The notes beneath the pieces are model-generated. The model was not told the origin of the DNA. It did no database searches and saw only the letters and a program-made list of their open reading frames with translations. The translations under genes and the position numbers were made by a program. From Oopsacas minuta (Eukaryota > Animalia > Porifera): 64,000 nucleotides of DNA. The DNA lies in the NCBI GenBank assembly GCA_024704765.1, contig JAKMXF010000336.1, positions 62,001 through 126,000 of the forward strand, read 5' to 3'. This document shows, piece by piece, positions 10,967 through 22,203 of the stretch. Numbering within the stretch: position 1 is the first letter of the stretch; every line of letters begins with the position of its first letter.

Positions 10967-13405
10967 CACTGGGCAACATCAAATTTATTCCTCAAATGAA
11001 AATATATTACCTAGACTAACTTTGGGATGCTGATTCCAAATCTGAAATCAGAATTGGTCTATCACGTCAGGATTTCAAGATATGAAAATTCACGAAATTC
11101 GGATTTTGCATTGATTGGCACTATATTATAAGGTACTATACAGTACAAGTTAGGCCTATTGTACAATTTTCTTTCCCAGCGAATTGTTGGTCAACAATGC
11201 ATATTATGTACGGTTAATATTAACATTATTTTGTAAATGTAATATTCTATCTTTTGACAATTAATGCATTCTTGAGTGTTCTTGGCCATGGCTATAAGGA
11301 GGGGTTATTTAGCCTACTTACGGGTGGATTGTAGACTGTATCGATAAACCAACAACGTTACTGTTTCGCAGAATTTTTAGTTTGTAACTGATTGTGTATT
11401 TAAGCTTTTTGTTTACAATGAATACGAGCAGAAGACAATGCACGAACCACCCAGATAACTTCTGCTATATTTGTGGAAAATTTACGCCGAAGCCCCAGCG
11501 AAGAAATATTGCCAATCGTGTCAAGATTGGCTACAAGTATTACTTTGGTTGCAAAGTTGGTGACCAAGACAAGAACTGGGCACCTCACATCTGCTGTACC
11601 GTCTGCTATGCCAGTCTAATCCAATGGCTTAATGGAAAGAAGAAATCCATGCCATTTGCGGTACCTATGATTTGGCGAGAACCTGAAAACCATACGTCGG
11701 ATTGTTATTTTTGCACAACAAATATTGCTGGATTTTCGTCTAAAAATAAGTCGAAAATCATCTATCCAACATGCAAGTCTGCTCTAAAACCAGTAGAGCA
11801 TAATGCTGGCAATGGAATTCCTGTACCAATCCCACCTTCATCGGATACTATTGAAATGGATTCAACAGACGAAGTAGGCGTGGTAGATGCAGATTCCACT
11901 TCTGATTTTTCGGATCATGATGAAAACGACAAAATGATTCCCATGGGCCAGGCATTTTTGAATGACCTGGTGCGTGATTTATCTCTTTCCAAAGAAAAAG
12001 CTGAGCTTCTAGGGTCTCGCCTAAAGGAATTAAATTTGTTAAAGCCAGGAACAACAATTTCACATTTTCGTCGACGACATGCAAATGTTTCGGCTTACTT
12101 TAAATTCGAAGACTGTGTGTGTTTTTGCACTGATGTTGATTCACTCATGTATGAGCTTGGCCACGAACACATTAGCACTGAGTGGAGACTGTTCATTGAT
12201 TCCAGCAAAGCTAGTTTGAAAGCTGTCCTACTACACAATGGGAATGAAAAGCCTTCTGTCCCTATTACTCATGCTGTCGGCTTGAAGGAGACGTACGAGT
12301 CTATGGAAACCATCCTAAGGGTCATTGACTACCGGGCTCACGACTGGAACATATGTGGAGACCTTAAAGTTGTGTCACTTTTGCTCGGATTGCAGTTGGG
12401 TTACACCAAGCATATGTGTTTTCTCTGTCTGTGGGACAGTAGAGACGAGGCAAACCACTATGACACAACCGAATGGCCAATGAGAACTGACTACATTGTT
12501 GGAAGATATAATGTTAAGTGCAAATCCCTTATTGATCCCAGCAAAGTGTACTTGCCACCACTTCATATTAAACTCGGCCTGATCAAACAATTTGTGAAGG
12601 CAATGTATTTCAATGGAGATGGATTCCTACACATAAAAGAAAAGTTTGGTGCTATACTAAGTGACGCTAAACTGAGAGCTGGGATATTTGTTGGCCCCCA
12701 AATACGTGATTTGATGCGTGACCCAGTATTTCCATCCAAGCTTAATTCAATTGAATTGGAAGCCTGGAATGCATTTGTACAGATTGTACAAAATTTTCTT
12801 GGAAACTATAGGGCAGAAAATTACTCGGAACTAGTGGACAATTTGCTGGAATCATACCGCAAAATGGGCTGCAGAATGTCGCTTAAACTGCATTTTCTTC
12901 ATTCACACTTGGACTTTTTCCCATCAAACCTGGGTGATGTGAGCGACGAACATGGAGAAAGATTTCACCAAGACATCTCTGTGATGGAATCGCGGTATAG
13001 AGGTCGATTTAACCCAAACATGATGGGGGACTACTGCTGGTTTCTCCAGCGTGAAACTGACACTGAACATGCTCGAAAGAGCAAGTGTATAAAGCACTTT
13101 TGAGAGGATACAATGTTATTTTTGTCTGGTTTAATCATCCTGGGTTGTGTTAAATTGTGCAAAATGATAATCCTGTTATTTTCACTAGCAATCACTGTGT
13201 TTATTACATGTAATGTTTTGTTCTGCACAGCGAAAATTAGCCAAAAATGACAATTACGGGTTGTTGTGTGCATATGTCATATCTCAAAAACGTGACGTGT
13301 TAGAAAAAATCTAAGGCCAGATTTGGATTCAGCATGGCCATATTAGTCTAGGTAAACTTGAAACGAGCAAGGAATAAAAAATAAGTTGTAAAATGTTGTC
13401 CAGTG
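10967..13405 (+). mobile_element. Full-length Chapaev3-like (CMC) DNA transposon
   Basis: TIRs CACTGGGCAACAT / ATGTTGTCCAGTG, 3-bp TSD TAT, subterminal inverted repeats (ctagactaa...atgctga.tccaaatctg) and an internal transposase ORF. Confidence 0.85.
11418..13103 (+). CDS. Chapaev3-like transposase, intact
   Basis: N-terminal FCYICG...WAPHICC...DCYFC zinc motif; WRLFIDSS, CGDLKVV, LPPLHIKLGL, MSLKLHFLHSHLDFF and SDEHGERFHQDI motifs; no stops. Confidence 0.9.
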   Translation: MNTSRRQCTNHPDNFCYICGKFTPKPQRRNIANRVKIGYKYYFGCKVGDQDKNWAPHICCTVCYASLIQWLNGKKKSMPFAVPMIWREPENHTSDCYFCTTNIAGFSSKNKSKIIYPTCKSALKPVEHNAGNGIPVPIPPSSDTIEMDSTDEVGVVDADSTSDFSDHDENDKMIPMGQAFLNDLVRDLSLSKEKAELLGSRLKELNLLKPGTTISHFRRRHANVSAYFKFEDCVCFCTDVDSLMYELGHEHISTEWRLFIDSSKASLKAVLLHNGNEKPSVPITHAVGLKETYESMETILRVIDYRAHDWNICGDLKVVSLLLGLQLGYTKHMCFLCLWDSRDEANHYDTTEWPMRTDYIVGRYNVKCKSLIDPSKVYLPPLHIKLGLIKQFVKAMYFNGDGFLHIKEKFGAILSDAKLRAGIFVGPQIRDLMRDPVFPSKLNSIELEAWNAFVQIVQNFLGNYRAENYSELVDNLLESYRKMGCRMSLKLHFLHSHLDFFPSNLGDVSDEHGERFHQDISVMESRYRGRFNPNMMGDYCWFLQRETDTEHARKSKCIKHF

Positions 13406-14839
13406 TATTCTGTTCGATCGGTTTCAAACTTGATATTAATTACAGAATATTCGGAACAAGATGTCAGAGTTTAATGAATTAAATATATACAGTACCTAAA
13501 AATGAAATAATCAAACAAACATGTAAATTTACATTATTTCGATAAAATATACACATAATATAACGTGAATTTATCATAGAGAAGAAATTTCAAAAAAAAA
13601 ACTATTTTGAATTATCAAAAAATTGTGACTTCTATAATGTAGGAGTTTACTTGTATTTCATCCATTGGAACTATAACATTTCTATCCAGTGAACTAAAGG
13701 AAGAAGTAGCTTGGGTGAGATAGGTAGAGAAATCGCTTACAATGCCAAACGAAGAATATTGATACATAATGTCGTGACATGCGGTAGAGAAAGACAATTT
13801 AAACAATGGAGATATACATAACATGCTGGAGGAATGAGATGAGTCTTAATTAACATGACTACAGTAATTATCTTGTACCTTCGCCTGTTCTTTGAAATAA
13901 ATATATTATCTAATTGATAGAGGATATATTGGAGCTTGGCTATAACTGCGGAAGAATATTTTGGCTATCATCTATGCTAGCTAAATCTATATGTTGTTTG
14001 GCACGAGGAATATGAAATGAAAGCGATATAGTATAATAATCTTCAGATACAGATTTTGAGGAAATTTGATATAATAATGATTCAAATAGTCGAATATCAT
14101 TCATTGAATTAAGCGAAGTAGGGATACTTTGTCTAAGGAATCAGGCTGCTGATACAGATAAAAATGAATGTATTCCTAGAAAACTCCACTGAAATAGTCT
14201 TTCAACAAGACGAAGAAGAATAAACATAGAATTGTCAGTATGCCATACTAACCAATTGAATGGTAACACAATATAATTCAACTTAACTTATGATGAATTT
14301 ATGTTTGGATTAATACTATTATTATTTAAGAGATTCTATTTTAGTGTTTGAGCCACTCTTTTATACGTAAATATTCGTTAGTATATGTAACAACTTCAAT
14401 TTTACATCCAGCCGAAATCAGTATTTTCTAACAGTTATTTTCGGGCAAATATAGTAAATATAAATTATGGAAATATGTAAATCCCACATTATTTGCAATC
14501 TGAGAAATAGAACAACTGATAAGTACAAGAAACAAGTTTCGACTTTGCGTTATTATTCTAATCTTCCTTTTGGATTGTGGATCATTAAGCTAATTTCATA
14601 AAAGTATAAACAAATGGTAAGACTGACGGACACTGAAGCTTGATGGTTTCTTTGATCAGGATACTATTTAAATTTAAATTGGATATCAGTATAAGAATTT
14701 GAAAAATATTATTGTGAATTGCATTTCCTTTCTACAACTTTATAAGTCAGGTAAGCCTTGGGAAGGAACAAATGGATTGAAAAGTGATTTCGGGATAGTA
14801 CCAAGAAAATGATAAATTTCTATTTAATATTGCATTCAT

Positions 14840-16280
14840 AGGTCATCAGTCAGACAATGGTGGAGGTATTGTGCCAAATTGCATAAAAGTGGAAGAATAT
14901 ATGGAAAATTATTGCCACCAAATACCTGATGATGATGTAACAATCCTTAGAAAATACTGGTTACCCGTTACTGACATCTATAAAAGAAATGAGCAATGCC
15001 ATTTGGGTTTTAACTCTGTCAAGAAAGGTTATTAAAAGAATCAGTTAGAGAGAAATATATTGGCATGCTCGAGGATCAAATAATGAATGTGTTATCGAAT
15101 TCTTGAGAAAGTACACAAGTTTATCGAACCTAAAGTATCTGAAATGGAAGAACGTTACATACCACAGATATCAACCACAAGAGAAATTGGTATTTATGTT
15201 AATTGTAGCAAATGTCTTTCACTAAGGAATATTTGATGGAGAGAATTTTACGTCTACATACATGTACACATCACATTAGACAACCTAATGAAGAAACTAT
15301 CTAATAAGATAACAGTATATGATCTTCTGAGTATGTCAAAACTATTCTCTGCCATTGACAAAAGTTCTCTAGAAGAGATGAAAGTAATCGAATTAGTACC
15401 TTGTCTTATTCACACTAACTAATTTATAAATGTTACATTGTTATACGATGGATTCGTAATGACCGCATACCATACAGTAACCGAGGACAACTATGGTTAG
15501 TGTGCTAAGTCTGTATCTACAATATTTATTCAATCACTCAATGCATTGAAGAAAGGAGATAAGATTGTTATTACTAATCCATATTGTAAACTACCTGATG
15601 ATGGTTTTCATTTGATTCGACAAGAATCTCCCGATGAAGTTATTGTGACTTCAGAAGCAAGATTAAATCCTTAAATTTGGGGATGATTAGAAGAAGGAGG
15701 GAAACGAATAATACAAAGCAGAGAGCTATGAAAATGCAATCAGTTGCTATACTCTCGCAATTGATGTAGACAAAGTCAATCCTGTCTATTGGAACAATCG
15801 AGCTCAATGCTATATCCAGTTGAAACATTTTGCAAGATCTCTCTCAGCTGCAGAAACTGCCGGGAACTTGACACCACTGCTGACAAAAATCAATTTAGAA
15901 TGGCTGCTTCATGATCAGGGTTAGGAGATCACGAAAAGACCTGTGAAATACTACAAAATATCATAACAAATAATTCTAAAATCTCTTCCAGATATCAGAA
16001 ATAATAGAACTTATTAGGAAATACTAAGGGTAGATTTGACTTCAAAGAATGGCTAGCAAGGCAGAGCGAAGGGAAAATATTGAAATCGGCGAATATATTG
16101 GTCCAATCTATATAGAGATTTCCTCCACACATGGTCATGCAATGAGAACAAGTAGAGGTATTAAGAAAGAGAAGTTGAATTGTGTCTCAAAAGCAGCTGT
16201 CTTTCTCATTGAATCCAAAGATATGGATTTGAAGAATACCCAATTAATTGAGTCCATGCCTTTTGGTGAAATGGCTTAGT
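14840..16280 (+). pseudogene. Degraded TPR-SET family gene (pre-TPR and TPR region)
   Basis: MTAYHTVTEDNYG...NPYCKLPDDGFHLIRQESP followed by the TPR KEGNE..KAESYENAISCY...YWNNRAQCYIQL, with many stops and frameshifts. Confidence 0.65.
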
Positions 16281-16874
16281 ATAGAGTAAAATATGGGTAT
16301 ATATAAATGTAACAGAACTTATGCGCCACCCTGTATATGGCATATATATTATTGAATTATTTTGTAAGATCCACCTCCTTTGTAGCCGTTAAGAGAAAGT
16401 ACCTACATACAATTTTGAGATTTTGCTAATTTACAACAACAAAAGACAAAAACAACAATAAATTTACATATAAGAACCTGGAAAGTGAGAAATTCGGATT
16501 CAGCGTACTAAGTTACCCCTAGATAGCCATTTAGAGCTATCCTATCCATAAAAACAATCTACAATCAACAGAGAAACAACAATTGAGATTAAATAATATA
16601 GATATTGTTTACAATACCATATCCGGACTTAGCATACTTGATTACCCCAGTAGAGTCGTTGGAAGTGTGATTCTACCTCAATTTGGTTACTTTGTTTACT
16701 TTATATTCATAAAACAACAATAAATTTACACATGAGAAACTTGAAAATGCGAAATGCTTGTTTAGCGTACTATGTTACCCCTATTTAGCCGTTTAGAGCA
16801 AGCCTGTACGTATATTTTGAAATTTGGCTAATTTGTTTACTTTATAGTCATAAAAACAACAATAAATTTACATA

Positions 16875-17109
16875 CCATAAACTGGGGCTACTTTGGCCCA
16901 CTGGGTTTGCTTTAGCCCAAATATTGAAATTTGCTCACGTATCGAATAGATATAGTATTTGTATTCGAAATTGTCTATCGATATTTGAAAATTCGTTAAA
17001 AATTTGTCAAGTCATTTTCAAGTATAATACTGAATCCAATCTAGTTGCTTTGAAACTTTGATATTTGGGCTAAGCAAACCCAGTGGGCCAAAGTAGCCCC
17101 AGTTTACGG
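16875..17109. mobile_element. pogo/Tc1-mariner-type MITE, 235 bp
   Basis: About 45-bp TIRs (cc[a/g]taaactggggctactttggcccactgggtttgct) flanked by TA on both sides. Confidence 0.85.
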
Positions 17110-17559
17110 TATGATTAATCCAAAAGAGTGAAAATCTGATTCAGCATGTTCGATATATTTAGTCAAGTTTTATTGAATTCTTTTACTACCTTGATAAACC
17201 CGATAAATTCATAGTTATGCTATAATTTCAAAATTGCATATCGTAAATCCTATCCTTGACAACGGACAAACATACAAACAAAATGACAGAGAATCATTGA
17301 GATTTAATAATATAGATATACATATGCTTAATTACGTTCGAATTGTATAGATTGATTATTAACGGTATTCTAGGGTCACAATGTGTGAAACCGCTAGTAT
17401 TTTACCACTGTTTCAAAATGCATTATATGAATTAGCCAGCTTCCTGTGAAAGATATCAACAAAAACATTATAATGCAATTGTAACAAAATGAAAATAAAT
17501 TTTTGAGCCATAACAGAATATACTGTATTCTATTTAAATTCATATAATTATAGATATTT

Positions 17560-17682
17560 GATATCTCTCTGTATAGGTCTCTGTATTGATTTGTATTTAT
17601 AGTTAGAGCTCATTACTTATAGTCAAATAGATAAGTTATATTATTTGAATTGTTTCATTATTCTAGTTACAGAACTGAACTA
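17560..17682 (+). promoter_or_regulatory. Near-invariant 123-nt upstream arm of the short NHL genes, ending in a splice acceptor (representative copy)
   Basis: gatatctctctgtatagg...ttattctagttacagaactgaacta is identical or 1 nt different in 8 copies, has a MITE insertion in one and a deletion in one. Confidence 0.7.
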
Positions 17683-18534
17683 ATGGCTACAGCTAATACT
17701 TTAGAGAGAATATTCTCTGTAGACTATAAGAGCAAGATACAACCTATAGTCAGTGTTTGTAAAAGGGGAAAGGAATTAGAAAATCTTGATGGTCCACAAG
17801 GAGTTACTATTGATAATTCTACAGGAGATATCTATGTAGCAGATTACTGGAATAATTGTGTGAAAGTATTCGATTGTAATGGTAAGATTATGTTTAAATT
17901 TGGAGATGAGGAAGGAGAAGGAAAGATGAATGGTCCAATTGGGTTAGCTATATATAGAGATAGAATTCTAATTTCACAAAGTAGTAGCTGTATTCTGAAT
18001 TATCACCTGAATGGAGAGTTTGTTTCCAGAATAGGGAAACTGGGTCAAGGAGAATTGGAATTTCAATATCCTCCTGGTCTGATATTTGATGAATCTAACG
18101 GAGAGGTATACATATGTGATTCTGATAATAATCGTATTCAAATACTGTCCAAAGCACTTACCTACAAGACACAGTTTGGACAAGATAACCTCAAATCTCC
18201 TCTTGATGTTAAGCTCACAAAAGAATTCATTTATATTCTTGATCGATCTAATCCTTGTCTTCATCTGTACAACTATAATCTCATTCTACATAAGAGTATT
18301 CTTTCTAGAGGATATGGATTACAGGTGTTTATTCCATTTTTCTTTTATATTGACAATTCTAGCAATATTCTTATTACAGATTATACTTCTCACTATATTT
18401 TTATTTTTAACTCTCAATTTGATTTGATACACAAGATATCTATACCTGATCCTACCGGTATTGCAGTAAATAACAGAGGAAGAGTTATTGTAGTTTGTAA
18501 TGGAGGTCAACGACCTCGTTTCAATATATTTTGA
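17683..18534 (+). CDS. NHL beta-propeller protein, propeller-only copy 3
   Basis: Open ORF with six NHL repeats. Confidence 0.9.
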   Translation: MATANTLERIFSVDYKSKIQPIVSVCKRGKELENLDGPQGVTIDNSTGDIYVADYWNNCVKVFDCNGKIMFKFGDEEGEGKMNGPIGLAIYRDRILISQSSSCILNYHLNGEFVSRIGKLGQGELEFQYPPGLIFDESNGEVYICDSDNNRIQILSKALTYKTQFGQDNLKSPLDVKLTKEFIYILDRSNPCLHLYNYNLILHKSILSRGYGLQVFIPFFFYIDNSSNILITDYTSHYIFIFNSQFDLIHKISIPDPTGIAVNNRGRVIVVCNGGQRPRFNIF

Positions 18535-18985
18535 TAATTTTTCTATTATACTAGTGGTCATACTTTTGTTTATGTTCCCTTTTGAATAACTTTTTTTACA
18601 TTTGAACAAACTATACTCTTCCCATATTATGTATTATTCCTTGTTGTATTTCACCTCTTATAGAAGATGCCTTCATGTTATAACGGCACCATAAGCCCGA
18701 ACTATCCCTCGATTTCTAGTTTTGCAATTAACGTCAAATTGCTATTCTAAAGCTCAATACGATATTCCACATATTTCAGATATCATTAGTTCCTCTCCTT
18801 TAGGGAGATGCACATTAGTGTTCGGCCCAAAATATGAGATGAGATGTGAGCGCTACTCATTAAAGTTAAGCTTTTTCTTATAAAAGTTGGTTCACACACC
18901 CTATTATGTAACAGAGGTTGCCATCAATATAAGTCAAGTTTTACTACTGTACTATACTCGTATTATTCTCTTGAGTTTAGTTCAG

Positions 18986-19360
18986 ATGTCTAAACCTGGA
19001 TTTTCCGGTAAACCTGAATCTGCTATAAAGCGTGCAGATGAGTTCATTGAAGTAGAGAAATACGACGTTGCTATGGAAGTTCTATTCGATGTTCTCAGGA
19101 ATACACGACATAGAGTTTGGTGATAATCAAATTCTGTCAGCTTTGTGCTGATCATGGGAAGGCTACCTCTGCTAAAGATGGTCTCTATCAATTCCGAATG
19201 ATCTGTTCTCAGAGTTTGATTTTATTCCATTCTGTAGTGGAGAAATTTCTGAATTATTCAAATGATAAACTAGCTCTGATTGCATAGCTCAGCACAGACT
19301 AGATCTGTTCAGGAAAAATCTGTAATGTTAGATCTTGTTGAGATTGTACCGTTTATGATG
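18986..19360 (+). pseudogene. EIF3A: eIF3a first coding exon, copy 4 (deletion and frameshifts)
   Basis: MSKPGFSGKPESAIKRADEF...; internal deletion shared with copy 6; ends at a GTGAGT donor. Confidence 0.8.
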
Positions 19361-19569
19361 GTGAGTTAATATCTATTTGTTCCTACAAGCTTCATTTACT
19401 TGAGGTGGCGAGGCTATGGTGGCTACGGCTCGTCCTGTAGCGAATATTTAGCCTAGGACCTTAGGGTCCCAACAATAAAGCTAGGATACTAGGGTGTTGA
19501 AATTTTGCGATCAATACCCTACGGTCCTGTTTGCCCAGAGGAGCATCCGGCGCTCCTAGATAATACCTT

Positions 19570-20690
19570 ATATGAGATAGGTGGAAAGTATATTTCCAAA
19601 GTTGGCAAATAGGAGAAGAGAAAATTAGAGTTTAATTTTCCTTTTGGTATAGCTATTGATGATTCAAATGGAGATGTTTACAATTGTGATTACTGTCACA
19701 AAACCTCCATTACAAGTCTCAGTTTGGTATTGATATTTGAAAAAGGCTTGTAATATCAAACCCAATACAATAATATTAATGCTGGATACATCCAATCCTT
19801 GTATACACATTTACAACAAAGATCTAGTTCTCTACAGAAAAGTATCATTTCTAGATCAGAAGGATAGCAAGTGAGATCTCCCTGGTTCTTCTTCATAGAC
19901 AAATCTGATAATATTATAATTTCAGACTATGGTACCCAGGGCCGGATTAAAGCGGGGGCTGATGGGGCTGCAGCCCCTGGCCCATCGTAAAAAATAGGCC
20001 GTGTAGACATAGCCAAGAGTTAGTTTTGTTGACCCTAGAAGCACCCGGATTTCATAAGAAGACTTTAAGTTGATCCATGGCGAATTCTCATAGCAGGCTA
20101 AGTTCACTATTTTTTGAGAATGGCAATGATTTATGTAGATGTGTTTATGACTCAACATTGTTATATTAATTTTGGTCGTTAATCAATAGTCTATGTTATC
20201 ATTGTGAAATTAAATTTTGTCAGTAATTATTACTTTATGTTTGCGGTCCACTATGGGTCAGAATCGTTTGAATGCACTTTCTCTTCTGTGTATAGAAAAT
20301 GAACTTTTGCAAGAAATCGAAGTGCAGTCTACGATTAGAGATTTCGCAAGTCGAATAGCACGTCAAGTAACACTATAAAATATTTAAAATATTTTAGCTA
20401 CCAAATACATTAAAGTTGTTTTGTTATTTATAGAATTGTAAGGTAGGGGTAGGCGGCCTAATAATTTTGATGGGCCTACCTAGGCCCATCAAAATTATTC
20501 AGCTCCAGGCCAAATAGGCTGCTAATACGACCCTGATGGTACCAGTCCCATTTTATACTTAATTATGTATTCGCATTATCCAATAAGTTTCTATTCGGGT
20601 CCCTTCTGTTTCTACACAATTTGGAATTACAGTAGATGATAAAGATAGAATTATTGCTGTAAGCCAAGATAGTGCCAATTCTCTACAGAT
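19570..20690 (+). pseudogene. Divergent NHL pseudogene fragment (blades 3-6) interrupted by a MITE
   Basis: GKYISKVGK*EKRKLEFNFPFGIAIDDSNGDVYNCD...PWFFFIDKSDNIIISDYG...GITVDDKDRIIAVS. Confidence 0.7.
19937..20535. mobile_element. hAT MITE, 599 bp
   Basis: TIRs CAGGGCCGGATTA / TAATACGACCCTG, perfect 8-bp TSD ATGGTACC, empty site at about 59527-59534. Confidence 0.9.
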
Positions 20691-20855
20691 TTAGTTTTAT
20701 AACTTTTGTATTTCATATATACTAGGCCACGTCGCTTCCTCGGGCTACGCTGTTGCGAACTCTTCGTGTCTGCACTAGGCCCTACGGCCCTGAGTACATA
20801 AACTCATAATCTAGAACATCTGGTAACCCTGGCTGTCGCTTTGTCAGAAGAGGTA

Positions 20856-21049
20856 ACCCGGTGTAGCAGCTCAAATTAGCTCCCCGCCATATTGTACAGC
20901 AGGGTATAAACTAGGCTAGGCTGGTTAATAACCCGAGTTTAAACTGGGTTAGCCCAGATTAACCCCTTTTGAGGGTATAATCTGGGCTAGCCTAGTTTCT
21001 ACCCGGGGTATAACTGGGTTGGGAGGTTAATCTAGGCTGTGCCACCGGC
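20856..21049. mobile_element. Palindromic MITE (PIF/Harbinger-like); shorter copy at 59848-59969
   Basis: Inverted ends ccggtgtagcagc / ctgt[g/t][c/a]caccgg and internal inverted repeats (aactaggctag / ctagcctagtt). Confidence 0.5.
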
Positions 21050-21080
21050 CACCCCACTTTTGAAAGAACTTTCATATGTA

Positions 21081-21697
21081 CAGTGCGGATATACCATTAG
21101 GCTAAGTAGGCTATAGTCTTCGGCCCACTTATTAAAAGGGTCGTTCTTAGAGACTAAAAGTTTCTAAATTAGAAATATATTGGCAATTCGAACTTAAGAA
21201 GTTGAACTCCCTATCAATAATATACTCCTGGACACCATTACATTGATTTTAGTATAATTTGGAAATCTGTTTAGATTTAATTATCTTAATATTCTAGATC
21301 ATTCTATGATTCCAATATTTTCTATGGTTTTATTCTAGAATTCCTAACTAGATTATTAGATGAATATTCTAGCATTTCGAAATCTCTATTTGCTTGATTT
21401 AGTGGTTCTAATCAGTTCTAGAAAAGTGTATATTCTTCTTTCGTGTGATTTCAAAACTCAATTCAGTTCATTTTATATATTGTTTACTTTTGAAATATGT
21501 TATATTAACCATTATGCCACTTCAGGTCAGTCATTTATTCCCACCCAATATTGACAGAGACCCCTTCACTGTAAAATATGGCACTTTCTAGTTTGTAAAA
21601 TATTTGAAATTTGGGGGAGCACCGACCAATGTCGACCATATTCCGACCCACTTGTATGGCCCAGCCTTCAGGCCACTCCAGGGTAAATCCGGCCCTG
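21081..21697. mobile_element. hAT MITE, 617 bp
   Basis: Ends cagtgcggatatacc / ggtaaatccggccctg, degenerate 8-bp TSD (catatgta / catatcca), empty site at about 59992. Confidence 0.75.
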
Positions 21698-22203
21698 CAT
21701 ATCCAGAAAGATATACATGTATTCATTTCTATTCTGGAAACTCGTCCTATATACTTACATTATACAGTCCTTTGAACTCTCCTAGAGATTTAGTATGCTC
21801 TAGGGAATTGAGTTGTAGGAACAATATTGCGACATAACTAGAAGCTACACACGCTCAAACAGTAAAGGCTTACCTTACCTTACCGCTGTATACTTACTAG
21901 TTAGCTTCGCGTCACGAAGTTGCTCCACAAGCACTCCTGTACGCATGTCATACTTACCCACCCTTTATGATAATACCTGGAATTTTGAAAAGATTTGGAC
22001 TAGTTAGTACTGCCGGACAGAATAATCAGCATAGCAGAATATACTGTATTCTATTTAAATACATTTAATTATAGAAATTTGATATCTCTCTGTATAGGTC
22101 TCTGTATTGATTTGTATTTATAGTTAGAGCTCATTACTTATAGTCAAATAGATAAGTTATATTATTTGAATTGTTTCATTATTCTAGTTACAGAACTGAA
22201 CTA

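Larger units (their letters stand above)
10845..13432. mobile_element. hAT-like MITE of about 150 bp split by the nested Chapaev element
   Basis: Ends caaggttgcaaccga / tcggtttcaaacttg, with an imperfect 8-bp TSD (gtcttaat / atattaat). The empty site is seen in the paralogous region at about 44570-44590. Confidence 0.65.
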
